NCBI GenBank assembly: GCA_035286745.1
Contig: DATECU010000322.1
Coordinates: 1-63,009 of the forward strand
Origin: Vicinamibacteria bacterium
Lineage (GTDB): Bacteria > Acidobacteriota > Vicinamibacteria > Fen-336
Direction of reading: 5' to 3'
DNA: 63,009 nt
The notes below the pieces were generated by a model that was not told the origin of the DNA, did no database searches, and worked only from the letters and a program-made list of their open reading frames with translations. This document shows positions 36,789-44,907 of this stretch, piece by piece (the first letter of the stretch is position 1; each line of letters opens with the position of its first letter). The position numbers and the translations under genes are program-made.

Positions 36789-38729
36789 CTAGCGGGTGCG
36801 GTAGCGGAAGCGCACCGTGGTCTCCTCGTCGATCACCAGCGGCCGCAGGAAGTGGAAGGAGGCCCCGGCCCTGGGCACGTCCACCCGCACCGGCAACACG
36901 CCGGCCACCCGCCGCTGCAAGTTGGCCACGTTCGAGGAGGGCGCCTGCGGGGCCACCTCATCCTTGCGCTTGCCGGGCTCCGCTGCGTTCACGGCCTGGT
37001 CGCGGGTCCGGTAGCTCCACTCGGTGGCCGACTGCCGGGTGTCGATCTGTGGCGCTTCAGCGTTGACGGTGATCGTTTCCTCCACGCCCGCCACCTTCAT
37101 GCCCGCTACCGTCAGGCCGAGGTCGGCCACCGCCATCCCCGGGATGGCGTTGCCCTCGAACTTCTTGACCTGGTACCGGTCGGGCAGGAACAGCTCCCAG
37201 GTGAGCAGGGTGATGGGGATGTCCAGGCGGGGCAGCTTGAGCTCGGCCTCCCCCTTCTTGGCGAAGGGGGTTCCCGGCTCCAGGTAGACAAACGACACCG
37301 CGTAAGGGCCGTTAGGCCGGAAGCCGGCCCTGAGCAGGGGCACCCGGGTCCCGTCCTCGCCCTGCACCGGCTTGGCGGGCTCGCCGGCCACCTCGGCCGA
37401 CACCAGGGTGGAACCGGCGGGCAGCGCGACCTTCAGGAAGGGCTGCGCGTGGTTGCGCACGGTGAGCGTGACCTCGGTCAACCGCCGGCCCTCGCTGGTG
37501 GCGAGCGTGGTCACCGCGGCACGCTCCGCCACCGCCGCCAGCACGGAGGCGCTGGGGAAGCGTTTGACGTCGAGCCGGAGGCCCGGTCCCTCGCCGGCCC
37601 GCCGGTGGTAGCGGAAAGCCGCCAGGATCGGCTCCTTGGCCAGCGAGCGCAGGGAGGGCGCGGCCTCGCTCGCATCCATGCGCCTCAGGGTGCCGCTCTC
37701 GGTGGCGGTGAGCTCCAGCGTGCCCACGCCCTCCACCGCGACCTCGCCGGTCTCGCGTTGGGCACCGGTGAGAGAGGCCACCGGCGCGTCCATGGGGTAG
37801 GAGCCGTCCGGCGTGGAGCGGGCCAGCCCGACCAGGAACTGATGCCGCCTGCTGCCGGGTTCGCGTACGGTGAGGGTCAGCAGGCCCGGGCGCTCGGATG
37901 CGGCGTCGAGGGTGGCCCCCGAAACCCCGGTGACCTCGAAGCCGCTCGGGATCTGCAGGTCGAAGGTCGCCGGCTCGCCGTCGAGCAGGGTTGCCTCGAC
38001 CAGGATCGCCATCTGCAAGTCGGCCTCGCCGACGGTCAGCAGCGTCTTCACGTCGGACAGGAACCGCACCTCACGGGGAGCCGCCGTGGTCGCGGTATCG
38101 CGGGCCGACCAGAAGAAGCGAGCGGCCCGACCCGGCTCCAGCGTGGCCTCCACCAGAGTCTTGCCGGCCGCAGTCGTGCGTTTGGTGATGAGGCCGGACT
38201 CGACCCGCACCTCGGCCTGCTCTCCCGGCAGTTCCAAGCTGGCGCGGGCGCTGCCCGCGGGCGGCACCGGTACTACGAAGGAGGCGCGACCGGGCTCCGA
38301 CACCACCGGGCCACCCCAGTCGAGGCTGACCGAGAAGGGCGCCGGACCGTTCAGGATTGCGGCGTGACTTCCGCCCTCGACGATCAGCGGCAACGTCTTG
38401 CCCTCCCGTCGCGCGTCCAGAACGGTGGCACCGCTGAACAAGGGCACCTTGGTGGCGCCGCTTTCAAACACCTCGCCGTCGAGGGTGACAACGCCGCGAG
38501 CGCCCTCGCCGGTGATCCGGAGCTTGAGATCCGCCCGGGAGAGAACGCTTGAGAGCGGCGGCGATTCGGGCCGCTTGGGGGGCCGGGCCGCGCGCTCCAC
38601 CAGCCGATCGTACTCGCCTAGCGGCAAGCTGACGGTTCCGGGAGGGGCCTGGGGCGGGCGCGGCTTTTCCTCGGCCGTGGAGAGGCTGGCGACCAGAGCG
38701 ACCGCGGTGATGGCAATCGGCCTCAGCAT
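36789..38729 (-). CDS. large secreted protein of unknown function (paralog 1)
   Basis: 646 aa. Signal peptide MLRPIAITAVALVASLSTA. Beta-rich and collinear with the upstream paralog. GGAGG Shine-Dalgarno, 10-nt gap from the paralog 2 stop. Confidence 0.75.
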   Translation of the reverse strand: MLRPIAITAVALVASLSTAEEKPRPPQAPPGTVSLPLGEYDRLVERAARPPKRPESPPLSSVLSRADLKLRITGEGARGVVTLDGEVFESGATKVPLFSGATVLDARREGKTLPLIVEGGSHAAILNGPAPFSVSLDWGGPVVSEPGRASFVVPVPPAGSARASLELPGEQAEVRVESGLITKRTTAAGKTLVEATLEPGRAARFFWSARDTATTAAPREVRFLSDVKTLLTVGEADLQMAILVEATLLDGEPATFDLQIPSGFEVTGVSGATLDAASERPGLLTLTVREPGSRRHQFLVGLARSTPDGSYPMDAPVASLTGAQRETGEVAVEGVGTLELTATESGTLRRMDASEAAPSLRSLAKEPILAAFRYHRRAGEGPGLRLDVKRFPSASVLAAVAERAAVTTLATSEGRRLTEVTLTVRNHAQPFLKVALPAGSTLVSAEVAGEPAKPVQGEDGTRVPLLRAGFRPNGPYAVSFVYLEPGTPFAKKGEAELKLPRLDIPITLLTWELFLPDRYQVKKFEGNAIPGMAVADLGLTVAGMKVAGVEETITVNAEAPQIDTRQSATEWSYRTRDQAVNAAEPGKRKDEVAPQAPSSNVANLQRRVAGVLPVRVDVPRAGASFHFLRPLVIDEETTVRFRYRTR

Positions 38730-38739
38730 GGCAGCCTCC

Positions 38740-40629
38740 TCACTTCCCCACGCGGGCGTAGGCGAACTCGATCACCGGAGCTTGACCCTCGGCGGTCAGC
38801 TCCGACACCAGGAACAGGCTGCGACCGACTTGGGGTACCGCCACCTGGACCGGGAGCGTCCCCGCCACCCGGTTGACCCGGCCCGACTTCTGGAAGCGGT
38901 CGACCAGGGCCTGAAGATCCGCCCCGGCCTTGTCCTCCTCTCGCGCCTTGGCCGCCGGTCGGTGCTCCAGGAGTCCTGCCTGGGACGCATAACTCACCTG
39001 CTCCCGAAGCGCGGCCGAGCTGGGTGGCTCCAGAGGCTGGACCCGGAACGCACCCGGCTGCGCCGCCAGCTTGAAGCGCGGCGAATGGTAGATCTCGAGC
39101 CCGCTGCGGTTGGCGGGCAGGTCGGCCGCCGGAAGCCCCACTCGTCCGCGCCCCTTGTCGGGCCAGCTCGCGCTCTTCTCGAAGTAGACGATCTCCACCG
39201 CGAAGGCGGGGGCCTCCTCGCCCACCCGGCTCTTGGTCAGGGGCAGGAGCAGAACGCCGTCGGAGGAGCGGCCCGGACGCACCGGCCGGCCGGCCACCGA
39301 GGCACTCCAGAGTGCCGCTCCCTCGGGCAGAGTGAGGCCCAGGAAGCTCTTGGCGTTGTTGCGCACCGCGTAACGCGCACGGATCAGGCACTTGCCCTCC
39401 TCGCTGAGGAGCGCCTGGTAGCGCGCCTCCTCCACCGCCGCCACCAACACCGCCTGGGGGGTGTAGCGCGAGACGGCGACGGTCAGGCCGCGAGGCGCCT
39501 TGCCGTCCTGAGGCCGAAAGCGGTAGGCGACCAGGGACGGCGAGTCGCGCCCGGCCACCGGATCGCCCAGATCCACCGGATCGGCGGTGTCGAGGCCCTT
39601 GGGCTGGGCCTCCTTGATCTCGCCCGCCCCCAGCACTTCCACCGCCACCCCGCCGGTTTCACGTTCGGCGGCCGGCAGCCGCAGAAGCGGCACCGGCAGA
39701 ACGCCGTCGCGTGGCGCCCGGCTTTCGCCCGTTACCACGAAAGCGGCCTCGCGTTCGGCGGGCTCCAGGAACTTGACCACCAGGCTGCCGGCCTTCTGAT
39801 CCCAGTCCCCCACCGCGGCACCGCTCACCTCGTTGACCACGAAGCCCTCGGGCACGGCCACGCTGACGGCGGCGGCGGCGCCCTGGATCACCTCCAGCCG
39901 TACGCTGGCGCTCAGCTGGGCTGCGTCCTCGCTCAAGCCCACCAGCTCGGTCACGCTGCCCCGGAAGCGCAACGCCTGGGTGGCCCGGCGTTCCTCCCGC
40001 TTGCGCCGCCAAGAGAAGGTGAGCGCTTCGCCGGAGCGGCCGTGGGCGAGAAAGCGCACGCCCTCGGCGGTCTCGGTCTTCTCGGCCAGAAGGCCGCCGG
40101 TCAGCCGGAGGTCGATCCCCTGCCGGGGCAGGCTCAAGGTCGCCCGTGACAGCGCGGCGGTGGAGGCCGGGAGACTGATCGTCTCGGTGCCCGCGGAAGA
40201 AGAGACCGGCACCGCCACCTCCAGGCTGAGGGTGGCGCGTCCCGGCTTCGAGAGCAAAACGTAAGGCGCGGACTCCCCCTTCCCGGGAGCGCCCTCCACC
40301 AGCGAGACCGGTCGGCCGTCCAGGCGCGCCTCACGCACCAAGAGGCCGTCCGGGATGGCCACCTTCACCCAGCCCTCCTTGAACACGTCGACGGTGACCC
40401 GGGCCTCGCCGCTGGCGGTCTCCGCCACCACCTTGAGGTCGTATTCGATGCGGGTGAAGGCGGCGTCGACGGGAGGGGGCGAGGGTTCGGGGTCTCGGGG
40501 ATAGGCTTTGCTGCGTAGCGCGCGGTAGTCCTCGACCGGGAGCACGACCCAGCCTTCGGAGCGCGGGGACTCCTGGGCCGAGACCGGGGAGGAGGCGAGG
40601 GCGGCGGCAAGGAGCAGGGCTCGTGTCAT
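38740..40629 (-). CDS. large secreted protein of unknown function (paralog 2)
   Basis: 629 aa from ATG 40629 (MTRALLLAAALASSPVSAQ, preceded by GGAGGTG). The TTG at 40689 in the track adds 20 non-signal residues. Collinear similarity to paralog 1 throughout. Confidence 0.75.
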   Translation of the reverse strand: MTRALLLAAALASSPVSAQESPRSEGWVVLPVEDYRALRSKAYPRDPEPSPPPVDAAFTRIEYDLKVVAETASGEARVTVDVFKEGWVKVAIPDGLLVREARLDGRPVSLVEGAPGKGESAPYVLLSKPGRATLSLEVAVPVSSSAGTETISLPASTAALSRATLSLPRQGIDLRLTGGLLAEKTETAEGVRFLAHGRSGEALTFSWRRKREERRATQALRFRGSVTELVGLSEDAAQLSASVRLEVIQGAAAAVSVAVPEGFVVNEVSGAAVGDWDQKAGSLVVKFLEPAEREAAFVVTGESRAPRDGVLPVPLLRLPAAERETGGVAVEVLGAGEIKEAQPKGLDTADPVDLGDPVAGRDSPSLVAYRFRPQDGKAPRGLTVAVSRYTPQAVLVAAVEEARYQALLSEEGKCLIRARYAVRNNAKSFLGLTLPEGAALWSASVAGRPVRPGRSSDGVLLLPLTKSRVGEEAPAFAVEIVYFEKSASWPDKGRGRVGLPAADLPANRSGLEIYHSPRFKLAAQPGAFRVQPLEPPSSAALREQVSYASQAGLLEHRPAAKAREEDKAGADLQALVDRFQKSGRVNRVAGTLPVQVAVPQVGRSLFLVSELTAEGQAPVIEFAYARVGK

Positions 40630-40768
40630 GGGCACCTCCGGGGGCACTGAGGGTTCCGACGCCGGAACCGTCGGGTCGGTTGCGGTCAAGAGTAACCCGC
40701 GAGGGGTACAGGCGGGGTAGGGAGGCTATTCCCGACAGGGGTCGGCAGTCGGCGGCCAGCGAGGTGTA

Positions 40769-40790
40769 GGGGCGCAGCATGCTGCGCCCC
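40769..40790 (-). terminator. 22-nt perfect palindrome 8 nt after the FAD-oxidase stop (hairpin, no U-tract)
   Basis: ggggcgcagcatgctgcgcccc can form a stem of about 9-11 bp. No T-run follows on the minus strand, so intrinsic-terminator function is uncertain. Confidence 0.35.
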
Positions 40791-40797
40791 ACCGGGC

Positions 40798-42276
40798 CTA
40801 TCGCGGGAACAGCACTCCCGGCGAGAGTTTCCCTTTGGGGTCCAGGGCGGCCTTCACCTGACGCATCTCGGCGATTCCCCGCTCGCCGTACAGCTCGCGG
40901 AGCAGAGCCTGCTTGACGGGACTGCGGCCCACGCCGTGCTCCGAGAGGGGACATCCCCCCAGCCGGATCACCTCCCGGCCGAACTCGAGGATCGCCTCCT
41001 CCCCTAGCTCGACATCGCGTCTCGACCTGGGGATGGCGTTGGCGTGGAGGTTGCCGTCGGAAACGTGCCCCCACAGCGCGTGATCCAGGCCGCGGCGCGA
41101 GAAGCCCTCGCGGTAGCGAGCGATCATGGCCGGGAGGTGCTCGAAGGGCACGATCATGTCGGCGGCCGTCTTGTGCACCTCCGGCTCGCCCGCCTGCTGC
41201 AGGGCGGCGATTCGGTGATTGACGGCCAGGGGGACGGCTTCGCGCAAGGCCAGCAGATGCTCGGCCCGGGTCCGTTCCTCGGGCAGGGCGATCTCGATGG
41301 GGTCGAGCGCCGCTTCGGCTTCCAGCAGACGGCTCAACTCCTCGAGCGCGGCCGAGGGGCCAGCCGCCGCCGGGAACTCGATTTCGATCAGCAGGGTGCT
41401 AGCAGCATTGTCCGGTAGGCGCACCCCGTGCTCGCGATCGGCGCCGTCCTCCCGCAACAACTCCAGGCAGCGGCGGTCCAGGGACTCGATGGCGGCAACC
41501 TCGAGTCCCCTGCCGGCCCCGGACACCTCACGCAAGCGAGCCACGGCCGCCAGGGCGCGCGCCTCCTCGGCGAAACTCACCCAGGCCAAGAACCGGCCCG
41601 GCTCGGGAAGCAGACCGAGAGTCGCCTCCGTGATCACCCCCAGCGTGCCTTCGGAGCCGACGAAGAGATCGACCAGGTCCATGCCTGGCGCGGCGTGGTA
41701 CCCGGCCGAGCGCTTGGCAACCTCGGGCATTCGGTAGGTGGGGATGGGCACCCGAAACACCCTGCCATCGGCCCCCTCGATCTCGAAGAAGCCATCGCCA
41801 TCGGCAACGCAGGCCCCGCGAGCCAGATCGAGGATGTCACCGCTGGCCAGCACCACCGTCAGGCCCTTTACCCAGCGCCGCGTGGAGCCGTACTTGAAGG
41901 TGGCCGCGCCGGCGGCGTTGGTCGCCAGGACGCCGCCAACGAAGGCACCCCGGAAGGTGGGTACCGGCGGATAGAAGAGGTGCTGGAGCCGCAGGTGGTC
42001 CTCCAGGGTGGACAGCGCCACCCCCGCCTGGGTGTGAACCCGATCGGGCCCTGCCGCTTCGATCCGGTCCATGCGTGCCAGGGAAAGGACCCACTCGCCA
42101 AACGGTGTGGCCCCCCCGGTCAGCGACGACTGCGCCCCGACCGGGACCACCGCGGGCGCCTCGCGCAAGACGGCTGCGACCTCGGCTTCGTCCCGCGGCA
42201 AAGCCACCACCGGGGTGTGGCCGCCGGGCGTGCGCGCCGCGTCCTGCAAGTACGAGGCGACCTCCTCGCCATGCAA
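40798..42276 (-). CDS. FAD-linked oxidase (GlcD / D-lactate dehydrogenase family)
   Basis: 492 aa. N-terminal FAD_binding_4-type region (VVPVGAQSSLTGGA), C-terminal FAD-oxidase_C region ending EHGVGR.......L..EL.....M...K...DP.G.L.PG. Confidence 0.82.
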   Translation of the reverse strand: MHGEEVASYLQDAARTPGGHTPVVALPRDEAEVAAVLREAPAVVPVGAQSSLTGGATPFGEWVLSLARMDRIEAAGPDRVHTQAGVALSTLEDHLRLQHLFYPPVPTFRGAFVGGVLATNAAGAATFKYGSTRRWVKGLTVVLASGDILDLARGACVADGDGFFEIEGADGRVFRVPIPTYRMPEVAKRSAGYHAAPGMDLVDLFVGSEGTLGVITEATLGLLPEPGRFLAWVSFAEEARALAAVARLREVSGAGRGLEVAAIESLDRRCLELLREDGADREHGVRLPDNAASTLLIEIEFPAAAGPSAALEELSRLLEAEAALDPIEIALPEERTRAEHLLALREAVPLAVNHRIAALQQAGEPEVHKTAADMIVPFEHLPAMIARYREGFSRRGLDHALWGHVSDGNLHANAIPRSRRDVELGEEAILEFGREVIRLGGCPLSEHGVGRSPVKQALLRELYGERGIAEMRQVKAALDPKGKLSPGVLFPR

Positions 42277-42338
42277 GAGGGCAGGCAGGCGCAGGGCCCC
42301 CCGAGGCTTGCGGGCGCGGATGCGGTGGCTGGGCAGGC

Positions 42339-42581
42339 CTACCCCCGGAGGTGGCCGATCTTGGATTGGAGGAAGGCGCGGCCGCGTTTGAACTCGGCGA
42401 CATCGCCGCGAGCCAGCGCGGCGATGGTCTCGGCGGCCCGAGTGGCCAGCTCGGCCTGTCCCATCTGCTCGAGCTCTTGGCGCACCTGCTCGAGTTTGGC
42501 CCGAATGCTGTCCAGGGTGCCCACGTCGGCGGCGTTCAGCGTGGAGAGGAGAAGATCGATGCGGGATGCCGTCTCGGTCAT
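42339..42581 (-). CDS. small helical hypothetical protein
   Basis: 80 aa from ATG 42581 (MTETASRIDLLLSTLNAAD...). Predicted all-helical. No recognised family. Confidence 0.4.
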   Translation of the reverse strand: MTETASRIDLLLSTLNAADVGTLDSIRAKLEQVRQELEQMGQAELATRAAETIAALARGDVAEFKRGRAFLQSKIGHLRG

Positions 42582-42731
42582 CGGCTGACCGTAGCCCGCG
42601 GTGCGCGGCGGTGTCAAGGTCGGCCGAGCGAGCGAGCGAGCGATACCCGCTCTCGATCGGGCGATGCTAACCTGGTTGCGCTGGCGAGGGCCTCGGGGCC
42701 ACTAGCGGCGAAGCTTGGAAGGGAGAACTGC

Positions 42732-43373
42732 ATGAAGAAGGCACTGCTTGTCATCGGGCTGGGTCTGGCCACTGCAACCACCGCTCACGCCCAGGAGAAG
42801 AAGCAACTGGGGCTCACCGCCCTGGTGGGCTGGGGCTCGAGCGGGGGCGAGTCGTCGATCGGGCTCCAATATCACGTTACCGAACGATTCGCCCTGCGAC
42901 CGACCTTCGGTTACGCCCGCATGGAGCAAGACATGGGCTGGGATAGCGGCGACTACCCGCCGCCGAACGCAGGCATGAGGCCCGCTTGCGGAGAATCCTG
43001 CCCGATCCAGCCGGTGATGCCGGATCTCGGCCAAACCACCTCCACCAGCTGGAACGCCGGACTGGCCGGCCTCGCCTACCTCTCCAAGAGGGACGGCTTC
43101 TCCAGCTACCTGGGGGCTTCGGGGGCCTACGGGCGACAGACCAGCGAAACACCCATCGTCCCCATGCGCAACGGCAGCGTCCGCTACTCGATGAAGGGGC
43201 ACCTCTGGACCTGGAGCGGCTTCTTCGGCATGCAGTACGCACCCGCAAAACGCTTCAGCCTGTTCGCGGAGGCGGGCCTCCGCTACGCGACCAGCGGGGG
43301 CGACCGGCGGGTCGACGCGTCGAGCGTCTCCACCTTCGGTGCCCACCTGGGGGCCATCTTCTACGTGAAGTAG
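42732..43373 (+). CDS. small outer-membrane beta-barrel protein
   Basis: 213 aa from ATG 42732. Signal peptide MKKALLVIGLGLATATTAHA and alternating beta-strand pattern. The 432-aa track ORF is an over-extension. Confidence 0.65.
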   Translation: MKKALLVIGLGLATATTAHAQEKKQLGLTALVGWGSSGGESSIGLQYHVTERFALRPTFGYARMEQDMGWDSGDYPPPNAGMRPACGESCPIQPVMPDLGQTTSTSWNAGLAGLAYLSKRDGFSSYLGASGAYGRQTSETPIVPMRNGSVRYSMKGHLWTWSGFFGMQYAPAKRFSLFAEAGLRYATSGGDRRVDASSVSTFGAHLGAIFYVK

Positions 43374-43455
43374 CGTCCCCAGGAGGGGAGCGGCGAGCCC
43401 GCTCGGGACCGGCGCTATACTGGCCGGGTTTGCTGTCCCTCTCTGGAGGAGTCCC

Positions 43456-43809
43456 TTGGCCACCATCACCGTCTACGTCAAGCCCACTTGAACCTCGTGC
43501 CGGAAGTCGGTCGACTTCCTGAGACAGAAGAAGGCCAGCTTCGAGGTGGTGGACCTTACCAGGGCTGCCCTGACCGCCGCCGAGATTGGCGCTCTTTGCA
43601 AGAAGCTGGGCGTCTCGCCCCGAGAGATCCTGCGCAGCAAGGATCCGGCGTTTGCCCAGCACGACCTCGGCTCAGGCGGGAAAACCGATACCCAGCTCTT
43701 GAAGCTGATGGCCGAGAACCCGGGACTGATCCAGCGTCCCATAATCGTGAGAGGCAGCAAGGCCGTGATCGCACGCCCGGCCGAGGCCGCCCTCGATCTG
43801 CTGAAGTGA
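43456..43809 (+). CDS. ArsC/Spx/YffB-family thioredoxin-fold protein with in-frame UGA (candidate selenocysteine, U-T-S-C motif)
   Basis: GGAGGAG is followed 5 nt later by TTG 43456. Translation gives (M)ATITVYVKPT-TGA(43489-43491)-TSCRKSVDFLRQKKASFEVVDL... and continues in frame into the 87-aa track ORF (QRPIIV motif near the C-terminus). The TGA sits where family members carry the nucleophilic Cys. Confidence 0.7.
43502..43519 (+). promoter_or_regulatory. SECIS-like hairpin (7-bp stem, GGUC loop) 10 nt downstream of the in-frame UGA
   Basis: GGAAGTC-GGTC-GACTTCC is a perfect stem. Its position and loop sequence resemble the upper stem-loop of E. coli fdhF SECIS. Confidence 0.6.
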
Positions 43810-43839
43810 AGCGCCTCTCGCTCGGCTGAAGGAGACCGG

Positions 43840-44799
43840 ATGCCGAAGAACAACCGCTACAAGGTCGTCATCCTGGGCTCGGGGCCCGCGGGCCTAACCG
43901 CGGCCATCTACGCCTCCCGCGCAAACCTGGAACCGTTAGTCGTGGAGGGAGGCGGGGGTGACGATCCCACCGACGTCCCCGGCGGCCAGCTCATGCTCAC
44001 CAGCGAGGTGGACAACTACCCCGGCTTCCCCGAGGGTATCCTGGGCCCCGAGCTGATGGAGCGGATGCGCAAGCAGGCCGAACGCTTCGGGACCGAGTTC
44101 GCTTCCGGGGTGCTGGTCGAGGCCAAGCTGGAGACGCGTCCTTTCACGCTGAGCTTCGGCGAAGGCAGCGTCGCCGCCGAGACCCTCATCATCGCCACCG
44201 GCGCCAAGGCCCGCTGGCTGAACCTGCCCGAAGAGCTGGAGTTCCGTACCAAGATCGGCGGCGTCTCTGCCTGCGCCACCTGCGACGGCTTCTTCTACAA
44301 GGGCAAGGAGGTGCTGGTGGTCGGCGGCGGCGACACCGCGCTGGAGGAAGCCCACTTTCTCACCAAGTTCGCAAGCAAGGTCACCGTAGTCCACCGGCGC
44401 GACGCCCTGCGCGCCTCCAAGATCATGCAGGACCGCGCCTTCCACAACCCCAAGGTCGCTTTTCTGTGGGATAGCGTGATCGAGAGGATCCTGGGCGGCC
44501 CGGGCAAGGGCGTCACCGGAGCCCTGGTGAAGAACCTGAAGACCGGGGCCGTGGGCGAGGTGGCGTGCGGGGGCATCTTCATGGCCATCGGCCACGAGCC
44601 TAACACCGTGCCCTTCCGCGGCAAGCTGGAGATGGACCCGGCCGGCTACCTGGTGACGAAGCCCGGCGCCACCGCCACCAGCGTGCCCGGCGTGTTTGCC
44701 GCCGGCGACGTGGCCGACCCCCATTATCGTCAGGCGGTCACCGCCGCCGGCAGCGGCTGCGCCGCCGCCATCGACGCCGAGCGGTTCCTGAGCCATTGA
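43840..44799 (+). CDS. trxB: thioredoxin-disulfide reductase
   Basis: 319 aa. FAD motif VVILGSGPAGLTAA, redox-active CATCDG and NADPH motif VVGGGDTALEEA. Confidence 0.96.
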   Translation: MPKNNRYKVVILGSGPAGLTAAIYASRANLEPLVVEGGGGDDPTDVPGGQLMLTSEVDNYPGFPEGILGPELMERMRKQAERFGTEFASGVLVEAKLETRPFTLSFGEGSVAAETLIIATGAKARWLNLPEELEFRTKIGGVSACATCDGFFYKGKEVLVVGGGDTALEEAHFLTKFASKVTVVHRRDALRASKIMQDRAFHNPKVAFLWDSVIERILGGPGKGVTGALVKNLKTGAVGEVACGGIFMAIGHEPNTVPFRGKLEMDPAGYLVTKPGATATSVPGVFAAGDVADPHYRQAVTAAGSGCAAAIDAERFLSH

Positions 44800-44826
44800 T
44801 GGCGAGCTGGCAACCCTCGCCGATTC

Positions 44827-44900
44827 GGCGGGCAGCGGTCGGGGGTCAGCAACGGAACAGCCGGACTTGGCTGAGCGCTGAGAGCTGATCGCCGACCGCT
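44827..44900. repeat. family B repeat copy in the trxB-GT4 spacer
   Basis: The stretch ggcgggcagcggtcgggggtcagcaacgg...ggctgagcgctgagagctgatcgccgaccgc shares cagcggtcgg and gctga.agctgatcgc blocks with 17929-18027 and 33533-33564. Confidence 0.6.
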
Positions 44901-44907
44901 TCGTTCC

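Noticed and set aside
36547-36792. 81-aa plus-strand ORF
   Set aside because: It is antisense to the well-supported lysW-like gene and has no motifs.
42075-42731. N-terminal 219 codons of the 432-aa ORF ending at 43373
   Set aside because: This part overlaps the FAD-oxidase and small-helical-protein genes on the other strand and is Pro/Arg/Gly-rich. A clean signal peptide starts at ATG 42732.
43546-43809. Taking the 87-aa track ORF (GTG 43546) as the complete ArsC-like gene
   Set aside because: It would lack the beta1 strand and redox-motif N-terminus that defines the fold. The upstream in-frame sequence encodes exactly that N-terminus, with a Shine-Dalgarno and a TGA at the Cys position, so Sec recoding (or a pseudogene) is more likely.
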